A DNA stretch of 64,000 bases from Thermoplasmata archaeon (GCA_022749935.1 JAKIWQ010000005.1:1422-65421); one strand, 5' to 3'. Shown: positions 1 to 8,861, counted from the first letter of the stretch. Made by a program: numbers and translations. The notes: a model not told the origin generated them from the letters alone.

Positions 1-162
1 GAAGCGGTGAGCACTCCCACCGGAGCGCGAGCGTCCTGATAAGGTCCGGGGGGTTTCGCGAGAGAGTTTCCGTCACGCTTCGGGGGAACCCTAATAAACC
101 GTTACCCCTCCCCCCGCCGTCCTGTGAAACGCTCCTCGAGGGTCTGGAAGAAGCGCGGCCAC

Positions 163-231
163 ATGCGCTGGAAGTGGCGCAAAAAGCGTATGCGGAGACG
201 CATGCGGGCACAGAAGATGCGAAAGCGCTAG
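163..231 (+). CDS. rpl41e: ribosomal protein eL41 (22-aa micro-ORF, absent from the ORF track)
   Basis: ATG163 to TAG231 reads MRWKWRKKRMRRRMRAQKMRKR. This matches the K/R-rich MR.KW.KKRMRR signature of eukaryotic/archaeal eL41. A T5 run follows the stop. Confidence 0.6.
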   Translation: MRWKWRKKRMRRRMRAQKMRKR

Positions 232-237
232 GGCGCA

Positions 238-242
238 TTTTT
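238..242 (+). terminator. oligo-T tract after eL41
   Basis: A T5 run lies 7 nt after the TAG. Archaeal terminators are typically oligo-T. Confidence 0.3.
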
Positions 243-361
243 CATCGGTCAGGTCCAACCACTTCTCGCCCACTTTCGACCCGGTCGGACGCGCTTTTAC
301 TGCGGAGCGACGGCTCAGATACCTCGATTCTGGGCGTCGGTCCTACCGCGCGCGGTCGCTC

Positions 362-583
362 CTACCAGCCGAGACGCTCGAGCTTCCGGGCCTCCTTGGT
401 CGTCTTCTTCCACTCTCGGTAGTGGTCGCGGCAGAGCGGCGCCCGCCGCCCCTTATCCGGGAGTCGGTCGAACGCCTTGCGCGCTTCGGCGAGGGCGAGG
501 TGGCGCACCGAGGGCGCGCCGCATCCGGGGACGATGCAGGGTTCCTCGACTTCGGGTTCGCGGGAAGGCCCCGGAGGGCTCAC
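362..583 (-). CDS. small Cys/His-containing basic protein, unknown function
   Basis: A 73-aa ORF whose GTG start overlaps the sucD stop as GTGA (580-583). It contains CIVPGC...C..H and a basic C-terminus (HYREWKKTTKEARKLERLGW). I recognise no family. Confidence 0.45.
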   Translation of the reverse strand: MSPPGPSREPEVEEPCIVPGCGAPSVRHLALAEARKAFDRLPDKGRRAPLCRDHYREWKKTTKEARKLERLGW

Positions 584-1464
584 CGGTGGGCCTCACGCGC
601 GACGATCGCCGCGACCAGGTCGGGGATCTCGTACGGAAACCGCGCCACTTGGGCCCCCGCGGCCTTCAGGGCCGCGAGCTTCGTCTCGGCCGTACCGCGC
701 CCTCGGGAGATGATCGCTCCCGCGTGGCCCATCCGTTTTCCCGGTGGAGCGCTGCGGCCGGCGATGTACGCGACCACCGGTTTCGTGAAGTGATGTTGGA
801 TGTAGTCGGCGGCTTCTTCCTCCGCCGTCCCTCCGATCTCCCCGACCAGGACGAGCACGTCGGTCTCCGGATCCTCCTGGAAGAGCGGGAGGGCGTCCAC
901 AAAGGAGGTGCCGACCACCGGATCGCCGCCGAGTCCGATGCAGGTCGACTGACCGAGACCTACCTCCTTGATCCCGTTCACGATCTCGTAGGTGAGGGTG
1001 CCGCTTCGGGAGATGACCCCGACCCGACCGGGCCGGAACACGACGTTGGGAATGATCCCGATCTTCGCGACGCCGGGGCTCGCGACCCCCGGACAGTTCG
1101 GGCCCACGATCCGAGCCCCCTGCGACCGGGCGTAGTGGTACATCACGAGCATGTCGTGGAACGGAATGTGTTCCGTCACGATCACGGAGAGGGGGATCCC
1201 CGCATCCACCGCCTCGAGAAGGGCATCCTTGGCGAAGGGCGCGGGCACGAAGATGCACGACGCGTTGGCCCGGGTCGCGGAGATTGCCGCGCGGACCGAG
1301 TCGAAGACCGGGACCCCTTCGACGGTCGAGCCTCCTTTTCCCGGAGTCACTCCCCCGACGACGTTCGTCCCGAACTCGCGCATTTGACGCGTGTGCACGG
1401 TTCCCTGGTGTCCGGTGATCCCCTGGACCAGGACGCGGGTTTCGCGGTGAACCAGGACCGTCAT
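580..1464 (-). CDS. sucD: succinyl-CoA synthetase (ADP-forming) alpha subunit
   Basis: A 294-aa protein with RVLVQGITG near the N-terminus and the phosphohistidine loop MGHAGAII. There is a 4-nt overlap with sucC. Confidence 0.9.
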   Translation of the reverse strand: MTVLVHRETRVLVQGITGHQGTVHTRQMREFGTNVVGGVTPGKGGSTVEGVPVFDSVRAAISATRANASCIFVPAPFAKDALLEAVDAGIPLSVIVTEHIPFHDMLVMYHYARSQGARIVGPNCPGVASPGVAKIGIIPNVVFRPGRVGVISRSGTLTYEIVNGIKEVGLGQSTCIGLGGDPVVGTSFVDALPLFQEDPETDVLVLVGEIGGTAEEEAADYIQHHFTKPVVAYIAGRSAPPGKRMGHAGAIISRGRGTAETKLAALKAAGAQVARFPYEIPDLVAAIVAREAHR

Positions 1465-2594
1465 GCCGGACCCCTCGCCGCCGCAACAACCGCCTGGGCC
1501 GATTCCTTGAGCGACGGGATCGACGTGACCCCGGCGGCCCGCAGGATCTCGATCCCTTCCTTCTCGTTGTTTCCTCGGATTCGCGCGATGAGGGGGAACC
1601 GCTCGGCGGCCGGAACTTGACGCATCGCCTCGACGAGACCCTTGGCGACCGTGTCGCAGCGCGTCACCCCGCCGAAGATGTTGAGGAAAACGGCCTTCGG
1701 TCGGGCCCGGGCCATCAGCAGGAACGCTTCGGTGACTTTCTGCGGGTCGTCGGTCCCGCCCAAGTCGAGGAACACTCCGGGGTCTCCCCCGAACTCCTTC
1801 AGCACGTCGAGCGTCGCCATCGTAAGTCCGGCTCCGTTCGCGATCACTCCGATGTTTCCGTCCAGTTGGACGAACGCGATGTCCTTCTCGCGCGCGATCT
1901 CCTCGAGCGGGGTCCGGTCGTCCCGGATGTCCGCGAACTCCGGGTGGCGGAACGCCGCATCGTCCTCGATGATCACCTTGGCGTCGAGCGCAACGAGGCC
2001 ATCGCCTACCACGGCGAGCGGGTTCACCTCCACGAGCTCGGCGTCCTCGAGGAGGAAGAGTCGCCAGAGCGCCTCCAGCACTCGGTCGAGGGACTTGGCG
2101 GGACCCCCCGTTAGACCCAGCACCTGGGCCGCACGACGCTTTTCGTACCCGGTGAGTCCTGGGAACGGGTCCACCGATTGGCGGTCGATCTCGGTGTCGT
2201 CGACGGATTCGATCTCTACACCACCTTTAGCACTGGTGATGAGGACCGGCAGGCGCGCACTTCGGTCGAGGGTCAGGGAGAGGTACAGTTCCTTGGAGAG
2301 AACGAGTTTCTCCTCGAGGAGGACTTCCTTGACGCGTTCCCCCTTGAATTCGAGCCCGAGGATCGCCTCCGTCGCAGCCCGCGCTTCGCTGGCCGACGTA
2401 GCGAACCGGACCGCCCCGCCTTTCCCGCGGCCCCCGGCGAGCACCTGCGCCTTAACGACGCACGGAAGAGGTACGGTCCCCGCCCGCACGAGGGACACAG
2501 CCTCTTCCGGAGAACGGGCCACCGCACCCTTAGGGAGTGGAATTCCGTACTTCCGGAAGACGTCCTTGCCTCGCCACTCGGCCAGCTTGACCAC
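1461..2594 (-). CDS. sucC: succinyl-CoA synthetase beta subunit
   Basis: A 377-aa protein with an ATP-grasp N-terminus (EWRGKDVFRKYGIPLPKG, VVKAQVLAGGRGKGG). It is coupled to sucD. Confidence 0.9.
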   Translation of the reverse strand: MVKLAEWRGKDVFRKYGIPLPKGAVARSPEEAVSLVRAGTVPLPCVVKAQVLAGGRGKGGAVRFATSASEARAATEAILGLEFKGERVKEVLLEEKLVLSKELYLSLTLDRSARLPVLITSAKGGVEIESVDDTEIDRQSVDPFPGLTGYEKRRAAQVLGLTGGPAKSLDRVLEALWRLFLLEDAELVEVNPLAVVGDGLVALDAKVIIEDDAAFRHPEFADIRDDRTPLEEIAREKDIAFVQLDGNIGVIANGAGLTMATLDVLKEFGGDPGVFLDLGGTDDPQKVTEAFLLMARARPKAVFLNIFGGVTRCDTVAKGLVEAMRQVPAAERFPLIARIRGNNEKEGIEILRAAGVTSIPSLKESAQAVVAAARGPA

Positions 2595-2632
2595 GCCGTA
2601 ACACCTCTCGGCGCGCCGAGCCGGCCGGTCTA

Positions 2633-3976
2633 TTAAGGGCGACGGGGCCTGCGACGCCGGGCGCCGCCCCCGGCTCGTCGTCGGGGCGGGGGACCCCTCG
2701 TGCTCACGCCCGCGGAACGGACCGGGGACGATGCGCTCGGATGGGCGATGTTGCCCAACTCCCGCCCGAGGTCATCGAGCAGCTTTCCCGCGACGTCGGA
2801 TTTCGGGCCCCGGATCCATTGCCCGGGCCCGCCGGGTCCTAGCACGAGGACGCTGGCCTCGCTCGAGCCCATCGAACTGACATCGTTCGCGACGACCCAG
2901 TCGGCTCCCGTCTCCACGCGCAGTCGTTGGCCCTCGCGTTCCAAGTTGGCGGCCGTCGCTCCGGTCTCGAGCTTGAAGCCGATCAGTCGGGCCGGAGGAG
3001 GCGTCCAGCCACGCAGCGTCGGCAGGACCTTGGGAGCCCGGTGCAACGCGAGCGTCAGGAGGGGATGGTCTCGGGAGGGAATCTTCCCGGGCCGGGACTC
3101 GAGGGTGAAGTCGGAAAGGGCCGCCGGGACGAAGACGGCCGCCGATCGGGCGAGTTCACTCCGGTGGCGCCGGGCCAACGCGAGCAGGTCTTCGACTCCT
3201 TGCCACCGGACCACCGAAATCCAGGAAGGTACCGGGACCTGCAGCGCACCGGCCCAGAGCGCTACGTCGGCGCCCCGGTAGTAACTCTGCGTGGCGAGCG
3301 CGACCGCCATGGCCCCGGAACTCTCGTTGGTCACCGAACGCACCGGGTCGATCCGCTCCCGGGAGGCACCCCCAATGACGAGGACCCGTCGGCCCGCCCA
3401 GGGTCCCTCCGCCAGCCGATGCAAGACCGCGGCGGCGACCTCGTCCGGGGACGCGATCTTCTCCTCCCCCTCGGCCGAGGCCCCCGCGATGATCCCGACC
3501 CCCCAGGACCGGAGACGGTCGATGTTCTCGCGCACGGCGGGGTTCATGCCCATATGCGAGTGCATCGCCGGCGCGAGCAAGATGGGCACGCCCCCACCGA
3601 GGGCCACCGAGGCGCACGACGTGACGACGGTGTCGTCGATCCCGTGCGCGATCTTCGAGATCGTATTCGCCGTCGCGGGAGCGATGAGGAGGAGCGCGGA
3701 CTGCCCCTCCCCAGGCCCGAGCAGCGTCACGTGCTCCACATTCCCCGTTAGTTGCAGGACAGGGGCGTGTCCCGTGGCGAATTCGACGGCCTCGGGCGTG
3801 ATGATCCGGGTCGCCTCGGGGCTCATCACGGCCTGGACCTCGGCCCCATGACGTAGGAGTTCCCGGATGATGCGGGGCACCTCGACCGCGGCGATCGACC
3901 CGGAGATCCCGAAGACGATCCTCTTCCCTTCCAGGAGTCGGGTGGTCCGCCCACGGATCGCGCGACTGGGGTGCAC
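2633..3976 (-). CDS. coaBC: bifunctional phosphopantothenoylcysteine decarboxylase / phosphopantothenate-cysteine ligase (CoaBC)
   Basis: CoaC flavoprotein motif GKRIVFGISGSIAAVE and CoaB motif IDPVRSVTNESSG. The ORF extends to 4090, but GTG at 3976 (V39) gives a normal N-terminus and frees a divergent intergenic region. It has an R/P-rich C-terminal tail. Confidence 0.8.
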   Translation of the reverse strand: MHPSRAIRGRTTRLLEGKRIVFGISGSIAAVEVPRIIRELLRHGAEVQAVMSPEATRIITPEAVEFATGHAPVLQLTGNVEHVTLLGPGEGQSALLLIAPATANTISKIAHGIDDTVVTSCASVALGGGVPILLAPAMHSHMGMNPAVRENIDRLRSWGVGIIAGASAEGEEKIASPDEVAAAVLHRLAEGPWAGRRVLVIGGASRERIDPVRSVTNESSGAMAVALATQSYYRGADVALWAGALQVPVPSWISVVRWQGVEDLLALARRHRSELARSAAVFVPAALSDFTLESRPGKIPSRDHPLLTLALHRAPKVLPTLRGWTPPPARLIGFKLETGATAANLEREGQRLRVETGADWVVANDVSSMGSSEASVLVLGPGGPGQWIRGPKSDVAGKLLDDLGRELGNIAHPSASSPVRSAGVSTRGPPPRRRAGGGARRRRPRRP

Positions 3977-4064
3977 GGAGCTTCTCCGGGTCCCGCACCG
4001 GGTCCGACTATTAGGCCGTCCCGGGCTTCGCCGAGCTAAAGAGCCGCTACCGCTCCGCGGGTCG

Positions 4065-4919
4065 ATGGCGTCGCGTCCGGCGGGCGGCACCGACCCCGGT
4101 CCGCGGAACCCGGACGGTCCCGCTCCCGTTCCGGAAGGGACCGAATTACCGGTCGTCCGCTCGACGAGTCAGTTCGCCGAGATCGAGCGCCCGATCGGCC
4201 GGCCGGCGGGGGTCGTCGAGCCCAAGGAGGTGGCTCGAGGGGTGGTGGTCTTCGACTTGGATGGGACGCTGTTGGATGACCTTTGGTTGATCAGCTCCGT
4301 CGCGGCCGACCTGCTTGCGAAGGCGTTCGGCACCCCGGCCGAGGAAGCACGGGTCCACTACTTCGCCACGACCGGGATGCCCTTCGAGGCGCAACTCTCG
4401 CAATTGTATCCGGACGCGCCTCCGGAGCTCCGCGCGAGCACGGCCCGGACCTTCCACCAACGAAAAGTCACGGAAGCCTACGCGAAGGCCAAGCCGTTTC
4501 CCGAGGTCCCGAAACTCCTCAAGCGTCTCGACCGGGAAGGATGGACGATGGTGGTCTCGACCGGTGCGGAAACCGAGATGGCGGACCTCATCCTCGAACG
4601 GGAGGGCCTTCGGTACTGGTTCGAAGAGGTGCTCGGGTCGGCCGACGGGACCAAGCGGGAGCACCTGTCGGAGTATCGGCGGCGGTACCCCAAGGCACCC
4701 CTCTTCATGGTGGGCGACTCCCGATTCGACATGGAGGCGGCCGACTCGGTTCCCGGGGTCACGGCGCTTGGGCGGGCCTCCTCCATCCGCGCATGGACTC
4801 TCACTCCGGCCGACCTCGCTCAGTGGGGGGCCGTGTGGGCGGACTACTCCCTCACGAGCCTGCCGGAGGAGCTCGAGCGATTGACCTCGAAACCGAAGTC
4901 TCGACGTCGGGGCCGGTAG
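4065..4919 (+). CDS. HAD-superfamily hydrolase
   Basis: Motif I VVFDLDGTLLDD and motif IV MVGDSRFDMEAA. The start is placed at the first ATG (M67 of the 3867 ORF). The upstream part of that ORF is antisense to coaBC. Confidence 0.7.
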   Translation: MASRPAGGTDPGPRNPDGPAPVPEGTELPVVRSTSQFAEIERPIGRPAGVVEPKEVARGVVVFDLDGTLLDDLWLISSVAADLLAKAFGTPAEEARVHYFATTGMPFEAQLSQLYPDAPPELRASTARTFHQRKVTEAYAKAKPFPEVPKLLKRLDREGWTMVVSTGAETEMADLILEREGLRYWFEEVLGSADGTKREHLSEYRRRYPKAPLFMVGDSRFDMEAADSVPGVTALGRASSIRAWTLTPADLAQWGAVWADYSLTSLPEELERLTSKPKSRRRGR

Positions 4920-5090
4920 GGCCGGGACCGAGAGTCTCAGGGCGCGGGGGTGGGCCCCGTGCCTCTTTGAACCCGGGTCGAGGGATCCACAGTCCCCCAG
5001 GATAGGCCAAGCTACCCCATCCCGGCCACGGCGCGTGGAGTCCTCGGTCGCAAGAAAAGGTTTCCTCCGCTCGGAAGCTCCGAGCTCGTT

Positions 5091-5348
5091 TCACGGCTGG
5101 CGCGGGGTCCCCGGTTCCGAAGGGTTCTGGGCGGGGGGCCCCGACGCCGACAGGAAAACACGTCGCTCCCGCGCCTCCGCCCTTCCGACGTACACGAAAA
5201 AGACCCCGAACCCACCCGCCATTCCTGCGGCGAGGTAGGCGCTGGCGAACTCCGCGCCCGCGCCCGCCCAGACCAACCCCGCGATCAGGGCGATCCCGAG
5301 ACCGATGGTCAGGAATCCCCCGATCCAGAAGGTGTTCTCGCGGTGCAT
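5091..5348 (-). CDS. small membrane protein (2 predicted TM helices)
   Basis: An 85-aa ORF with two hydrophobic stretches (FWIGGFLTIGLGIALIAGLVWAG and AAGMAGGFGVFFVYVG). No family recognised. Confidence 0.4.
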   Translation of the reverse strand: MHRENTFWIGGFLTIGLGIALIAGLVWAGAGAEFASAYLAAGMAGGFGVFFVYVGRAEARERRVFLSASGPPAQNPSEPGTPRQP

Positions 5349-5384
5349 GGTCGATGCGGCCCCCGCGATCGGGGGTACCTCCGG

Positions 5385-6086
5385 TTACTTGTAAGCCCAC
5401 ACGACGGCCTGGCCGAAGAATCTCCAGGGTACCCCGACGTGGTGAAAGCCGGCACGGTCGAGGGCCGCGGTCTCGGCGACGAGCGTGCTCGGGTGGTCGA
5501 ACTGTTCGTGCTCGTGCCACACCTCCTGAAGTCGCGCCCAGGCCTGGCCTCCCCGCGGAGACCGTTGGGCCGCCGAGGCGATCTGGGCGTAGCGTTGGTC
5601 GAAGAGCGGATCCTCGGGAAGGTGGTCGTCGGCGTCCCCGAAATACCCCCCGCGGGGGAGCGCCCGGTAGATCCGGCGGAAGAGACGCCACTTCGCCGGG
5701 TCCGTGAGGTGGTGGATCGCGAGCGCCGAGACGACCGCCTCGTACGTCCCTTCGGCGAAATCGACCAGGTCGCCGTCCACGAGCTCCACCCGATCCCGGT
5801 AGGGTCGAAGTTTCGTCCGTGCCCGCGCGATCATCCGGCCCGACAGGTCGATCCCGGTGACGCGCGCGTGAGGGAACTGCTCTAAGATGAGCGCCGTGAG
5901 CGTGCCCGTGCCCACTCCGAGCTCGAGCACGCGGAACTCCCGGGTGGGAGAGTACGGGATCCCGCCGAGGAGGGTCCGGTGCAGGTCGCTGTACGCGGGC
6001 ATCGAGGCCCGAGCGGTTCGGTCGTACGCGGGGGCCTCCCGGTCGAACTCCCGACGGAGGGCCGGCCCCTGCCTCGGTGGAGTCAC
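5385..6086 (-). CDS. class I SAM-dependent methyltransferase
   Basis: SAM-binding motif I VLELGVGTGTLT followed by an acidic loop (GIDLS). Confidence 0.8.
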   Translation of the reverse strand: MTPPRQGPALRREFDREAPAYDRTARASMPAYSDLHRTLLGGIPYSPTREFRVLELGVGTGTLTALILEQFPHARVTGIDLSGRMIARARTKLRPYRDRVELVDGDLVDFAEGTYEAVVSALAIHHLTDPAKWRLFRRIYRALPRGGYFGDADDHLPEDPLFDQRYAQIASAAQRSPRGGQAWARLQEVWHEHEQFDHPSTLVAETAALDRAGFHHVGVPWRFFGQAVVWAYK

Positions 6087-6247
6087 GGTCTCGCTCAGGG
6101 ACGGGAGGACTTAGGCCTTCGTGCTCGGGGACCCCTTTCCGCCAACTCTAAGGGGACCGGAACGTAGCTCCCTCGGTCCACCCAAACCGGAGGGAGGGGT
6201 CTACGCGCGGGAGGGAAAATCGGGGGCTCGCGGCCCTCTTCGGCATC

Positions 6248-6568
6248 TTGGGCGCGGTACTCATCGCGCTCGAGGGTCTGGTCGACCTGCTCAAGGGGGT
6301 CGTGTTCCTCGTCCTCGGGCGGCCCTGGATCGCCGTGGGGGCGTTCTCCCAGGCCGTGCTTTTCGTCATCCTCGGGTTGATTCTCGGCGGATTCACGATC
6401 TACGGTAGGGCTGCGGGCGGCGACCGCTCCCTGGCGGCCGGGGTGGTGCTGATCGTCGTCTCGCTCCTGGGGTTGGCCGTCCTCGGGTTTACCGAAGGTC
6501 TCCTCGTGCTGCTGGGAGCGGTGCTCGTACTCATCGCGGGTGTTCTGTTCCTTGTGACCCGCCGATAG
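6248..6568 (+). CDS. small integral membrane protein (3 TM)
   Basis: A 106-aa ORF that is almost entirely hydrophobic. The only in-frame start is TTG, so the start is uncertain. Confidence 0.5.
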   Translation: MGAVLIALEGLVDLLKGVVFLVLGRPWIAVGAFSQAVLFVILGLILGGFTIYGRAAGGDRSLAAGVVLIVVSLLGLAVLGFTEGLLVLLGAVLVLIAGVLFLVTRR

Positions 6569-6639
6569 CCCGGCTTGGAACTGGGGCCCCGCGGAACGAC
6601 GGCGCAGGAAGGACCCGCCACGGTGGGCGCGCGACCGGT

Positions 6640-7278
6640 CTACGGGCAGGTCGTCGCCGTTTGGCAGTTGTTCATCGTGACGACGATGTCGCTGATGGAC
6701 GGCAGCGTCAGGGCCGATACGCCCAGGTCGACGTAGAGGGCGACCGCGAAGAAGGCGGCGTGCCCTCCCGTCGCGGAATTCGAGTCGAAGTATCCGGTTC
6801 CGAACGAGTAGATCGCGGGTCCGCCGGTGTTGTAGATGATCGCCACCTGCACGTCGAACCCCACTCCCGGGGTCGTCGGCTGGGTGACCGTGAGCATGAC
6901 CTGGAGCGCGGAGTCCCCGACAGCGAGACCGGCGGTGGTGGCGACCGCCGAGAAGTTCTCCTCACAGAACGAACCGGCACACGCGGTCAGGACCGCGTTC
7001 TTGGTCGTGGTCGAGTTGAGGCCGCCTCCGGCGCCGCCCGCCTGGACGCCCGCCGGGCCGTTCAATCCCGAGATGAGGACGCCCGAGACGGTGAGCATCT
7101 GGGTCGACTGGACCACCGCCACCGAGAATCCGCCGGGCGCAGTGACCGTGATGCTCGAATTCTGGGTCGGACCGGTCGTCGTGGTCGTGCCGGCCGCCAA
7201 CGTCCATCCCCCCGCGAGGGCGAGGATCGTGATGAGCGTGGCCGCGTAGACGGTCTTCCGGGGCAGCGGTTTTCCCAT
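6640..7278 (-). CDS. secreted/anchored T/G-rich protein, unknown function
   Basis: A 212-aa protein with a basic N-terminus plus hydrophobic segment (KTVYAATLITILALAGGW). It is Thr/Gly-rich with Cys pairs near the middle and at the C-terminus. Confidence 0.6.
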   Translation of the reverse strand: MGKPLPRKTVYAATLITILALAGGWTLAAGTTTTTGPTQNSSITVTAPGGFSVAVVQSTQMLTVSGVLISGLNGPAGVQAGGAGGGLNSTTTKNAVLTACAGSFCEENFSAVATTAGLAVGDSALQVMLTVTQPTTPGVGFDVQVAIIYNTGGPAIYSFGTGYFDSNSATGGHAAFFAVALYVDLGVSALTLPSISDIVVTMNNCQTATTCP

Positions 7279-7315
7279 GGAGGGTCCCTCGAGAACTACC
7301 TTTAGATGGAAAAGC

Positions 7316-7331
7316 TACGTATTAATACGTA
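7316..7331. promoter_or_regulatory. 16-bp perfect palindrome TACGTATTAATACGTA in a divergent AT-rich intergenic region
   Basis: Read directly from the sequence. It lies between the divergent starts at 7278 (-) and 7454 (+) in the most AT-rich stretch of the window. Confidence 0.45.
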
Positions 7332-7453
7332 TGCAAAAGATATACTCCGTGAGGGGTCCGGCTCGGGTTTCGTATAACCCGACGAACCGCAACCGAGTCG
7401 AAAGCATGAAAGGGGGGACGCGGCCCTCTCACCGCTGCCCGAGGTAGGGACGG

Positions 7454-8050
7454 ATGACCGCAGATTCATCAGGTTCGGCAGGAGACTCCGTGTCGGGTTC
7501 CTCCGGATTGGTCTGTAGCCTTCCGCTCTTCCTGCTCGGCGCCGTCTTCTTCGTCTCAGGGATTGCCGTTCGGTTCGACTATCCGACCTACGGACCGGGG
7601 GCGTTCACTCTCTGGGCTCTCCTCCTCGCCCTCGGATTCATCTCGACGATCGGCGCGGTCGCGTCGTGGACCCTAGCTGGCGACCCAGTCCCCGCCCCTC
7701 GCGAAGCCACGTCCGCCCCGGTCGTCCCCGCCTACCTGCCGATCGAGTTCCCAGAATCCACACCGTCTCCTAACCTCGACACGGCCGGCCGCACTCGCGC
7801 CGACTTCGGACGCCCGACACCGGAGGTCCGAGCCGCCCGGCTCGAGGGGGAATGGTACGAGGGACCGACCGAAACGGAACGATTTGCCGGCCGACCCGCC
7901 CGTGAGCCGACGGGAGTGGAGGCGCTCGAAGACCTCTCTTCGACCCCGGAGGTCGGAAGCGAACCCGTGGAGAAAGTGCTCGCGGACCTGGAGGGGATCG
8001 AGAAGGACTTGGCCCCGCGAGCACGGCCGGTGGACGTCGCGACCGCGTGA
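7454..8050 (+). CDS. membrane protein with acidic disordered C-terminal tail
   Basis: A 198-aa protein with two hydrophobic helices near the N-terminus followed by a P/E/T-rich tail. Confidence 0.55.
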   Translation: MTADSSGSAGDSVSGSSGLVCSLPLFLLGAVFFVSGIAVRFDYPTYGPGAFTLWALLLALGFISTIGAVASWTLAGDPVPAPREATSAPVVPAYLPIEFPESTPSPNLDTAGRTRADFGRPTPEVRAARLEGEWYEGPTETERFAGRPAREPTGVEALEDLSSTPEVGSEPVEKVLADLEGIEKDLAPRARPVDVATA

Positions 8051-8088
8051 ACTGCCACTCTTAAGAGGCTCCGCCGCGGTCGGCCGCT

Positions 8089-8703
8089 ATGACTCTAGCC
8101 CCCATCGCGTCGGTCGACGCGTCCGCGATGCGATGGCTGCGAACGGGATCCCGCCCGCCGGCATTCGAACTCTGGGCGGGCGACCAGCGGGTGGAATCAC
8201 TCAGGTGGTCCAAGTCGACCGGCTCGTACGCGGAAGGGGAGTCAAGCGACGCTCGCTGGACCCTAAAACGAGGCGGATTCCTCCACCCCCACACGACCCT
8301 GCGTCGCGCCGGAGATGACGGGGACGTGGCCCGGATCACTCTCCATCTCGGGGAGCACCGTCGCTCTTCGGGCGACCCCCCGGGTCCTTCCCCCCTTGTG
8401 GGCGAGTACTACCACAAGATCGATTTCGCCGGTGGCGAGACGTATCGTTTCCACCGTGCGGGAGTTCATCTTCCCGCTTGGAAGATCACGACCGATCAGG
8501 AACTGGAGCTAGTGCACATCGAACCGATCCGGGAAGGGCGAACGTTGACGGGTGCTGCGGTCCTCGTCACTCCCGACGGGGTGAAGTCGACCGCCCTTGG
8601 GAATCTCCTCCTCTTCTCCTGGTACTTCATCGTGCTCGCTTGGTTCGAGGACGAGGCGCTCCTCCCGTTCGAGAAGGCGCTGTCCGAAGTGGAAAAACTC
8701 TAG
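8089..8703 (+). CDS. hypothetical protein with C-terminal hydrophobic helix
   Basis: A 204-aa ORF with an ATG start, coding-like GC3 and one helix (LGNLLLFSWYFIVLAWF). No family recognised. Confidence 0.5.
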   Translation: MTLAPIASVDASAMRWLRTGSRPPAFELWAGDQRVESLRWSKSTGSYAEGESSDARWTLKRGGFLHPHTTLRRAGDDGDVARITLHLGEHRRSSGDPPGPSPLVGEYYHKIDFAGGETYRFHRAGVHLPAWKITTDQELELVHIEPIREGRTLTGAAVLVTPDGVKSTALGNLLLFSWYFIVLAWFEDEALLPFEKALSEVEKL

Positions 8704-8711
8704 TCCCCGAT

Positions 8712-8861
8712 TCAGGCCGGCGGGATGGAGCGCTTCTTCAGTGTCGAGAAGCAGTCGCTGCACACATTGTGCATCTTGGTTCCCCCGCTTTCGAGCTCCG
8801 CGGTCGTACGGCTGATCGGTTTCTGGCACGAGTCGCAGATGATCTGACCATCGCGAATCAT
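8712..8861 (-). CDS. 49-aa zinc-ribbon micro-protein (absent from ORF track)
   Basis: MIRDGQIICDSCQKPISRTTAELESGGTKMHNVCSDCFSTLKKRSIPPA. It has two CxxC pairs and about 80 percent G/C at third codon positions by my reading. An AT-rich box lies about 45 nt upstream. Confidence 0.45.
   Translation of the reverse strand: MIRDGQIICDSCQKPISRTTAELESGGTKMHNVCSDCFSTLKKRSIPPA

Noticed and set aside
1-160. A possible structured RNA or the 3' end of an upstream gene at the window edge (GGTCCGG-containing, an in-frame TGA at 37-39).
   Set aside because: It does not match the SRP RNA, RNase P or tRNA features I can recognise. The fragment is too short and truncated to support any call.
586-1620. A 344-aa plus-strand ORF antisense to sucD/sucC.
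   Set aside because: It lies entirely opposite two genes with unmistakable family motifs. Its translation is R/G/D/P-rich low complexity, typical of shadow ORFs in GC-rich DNA.
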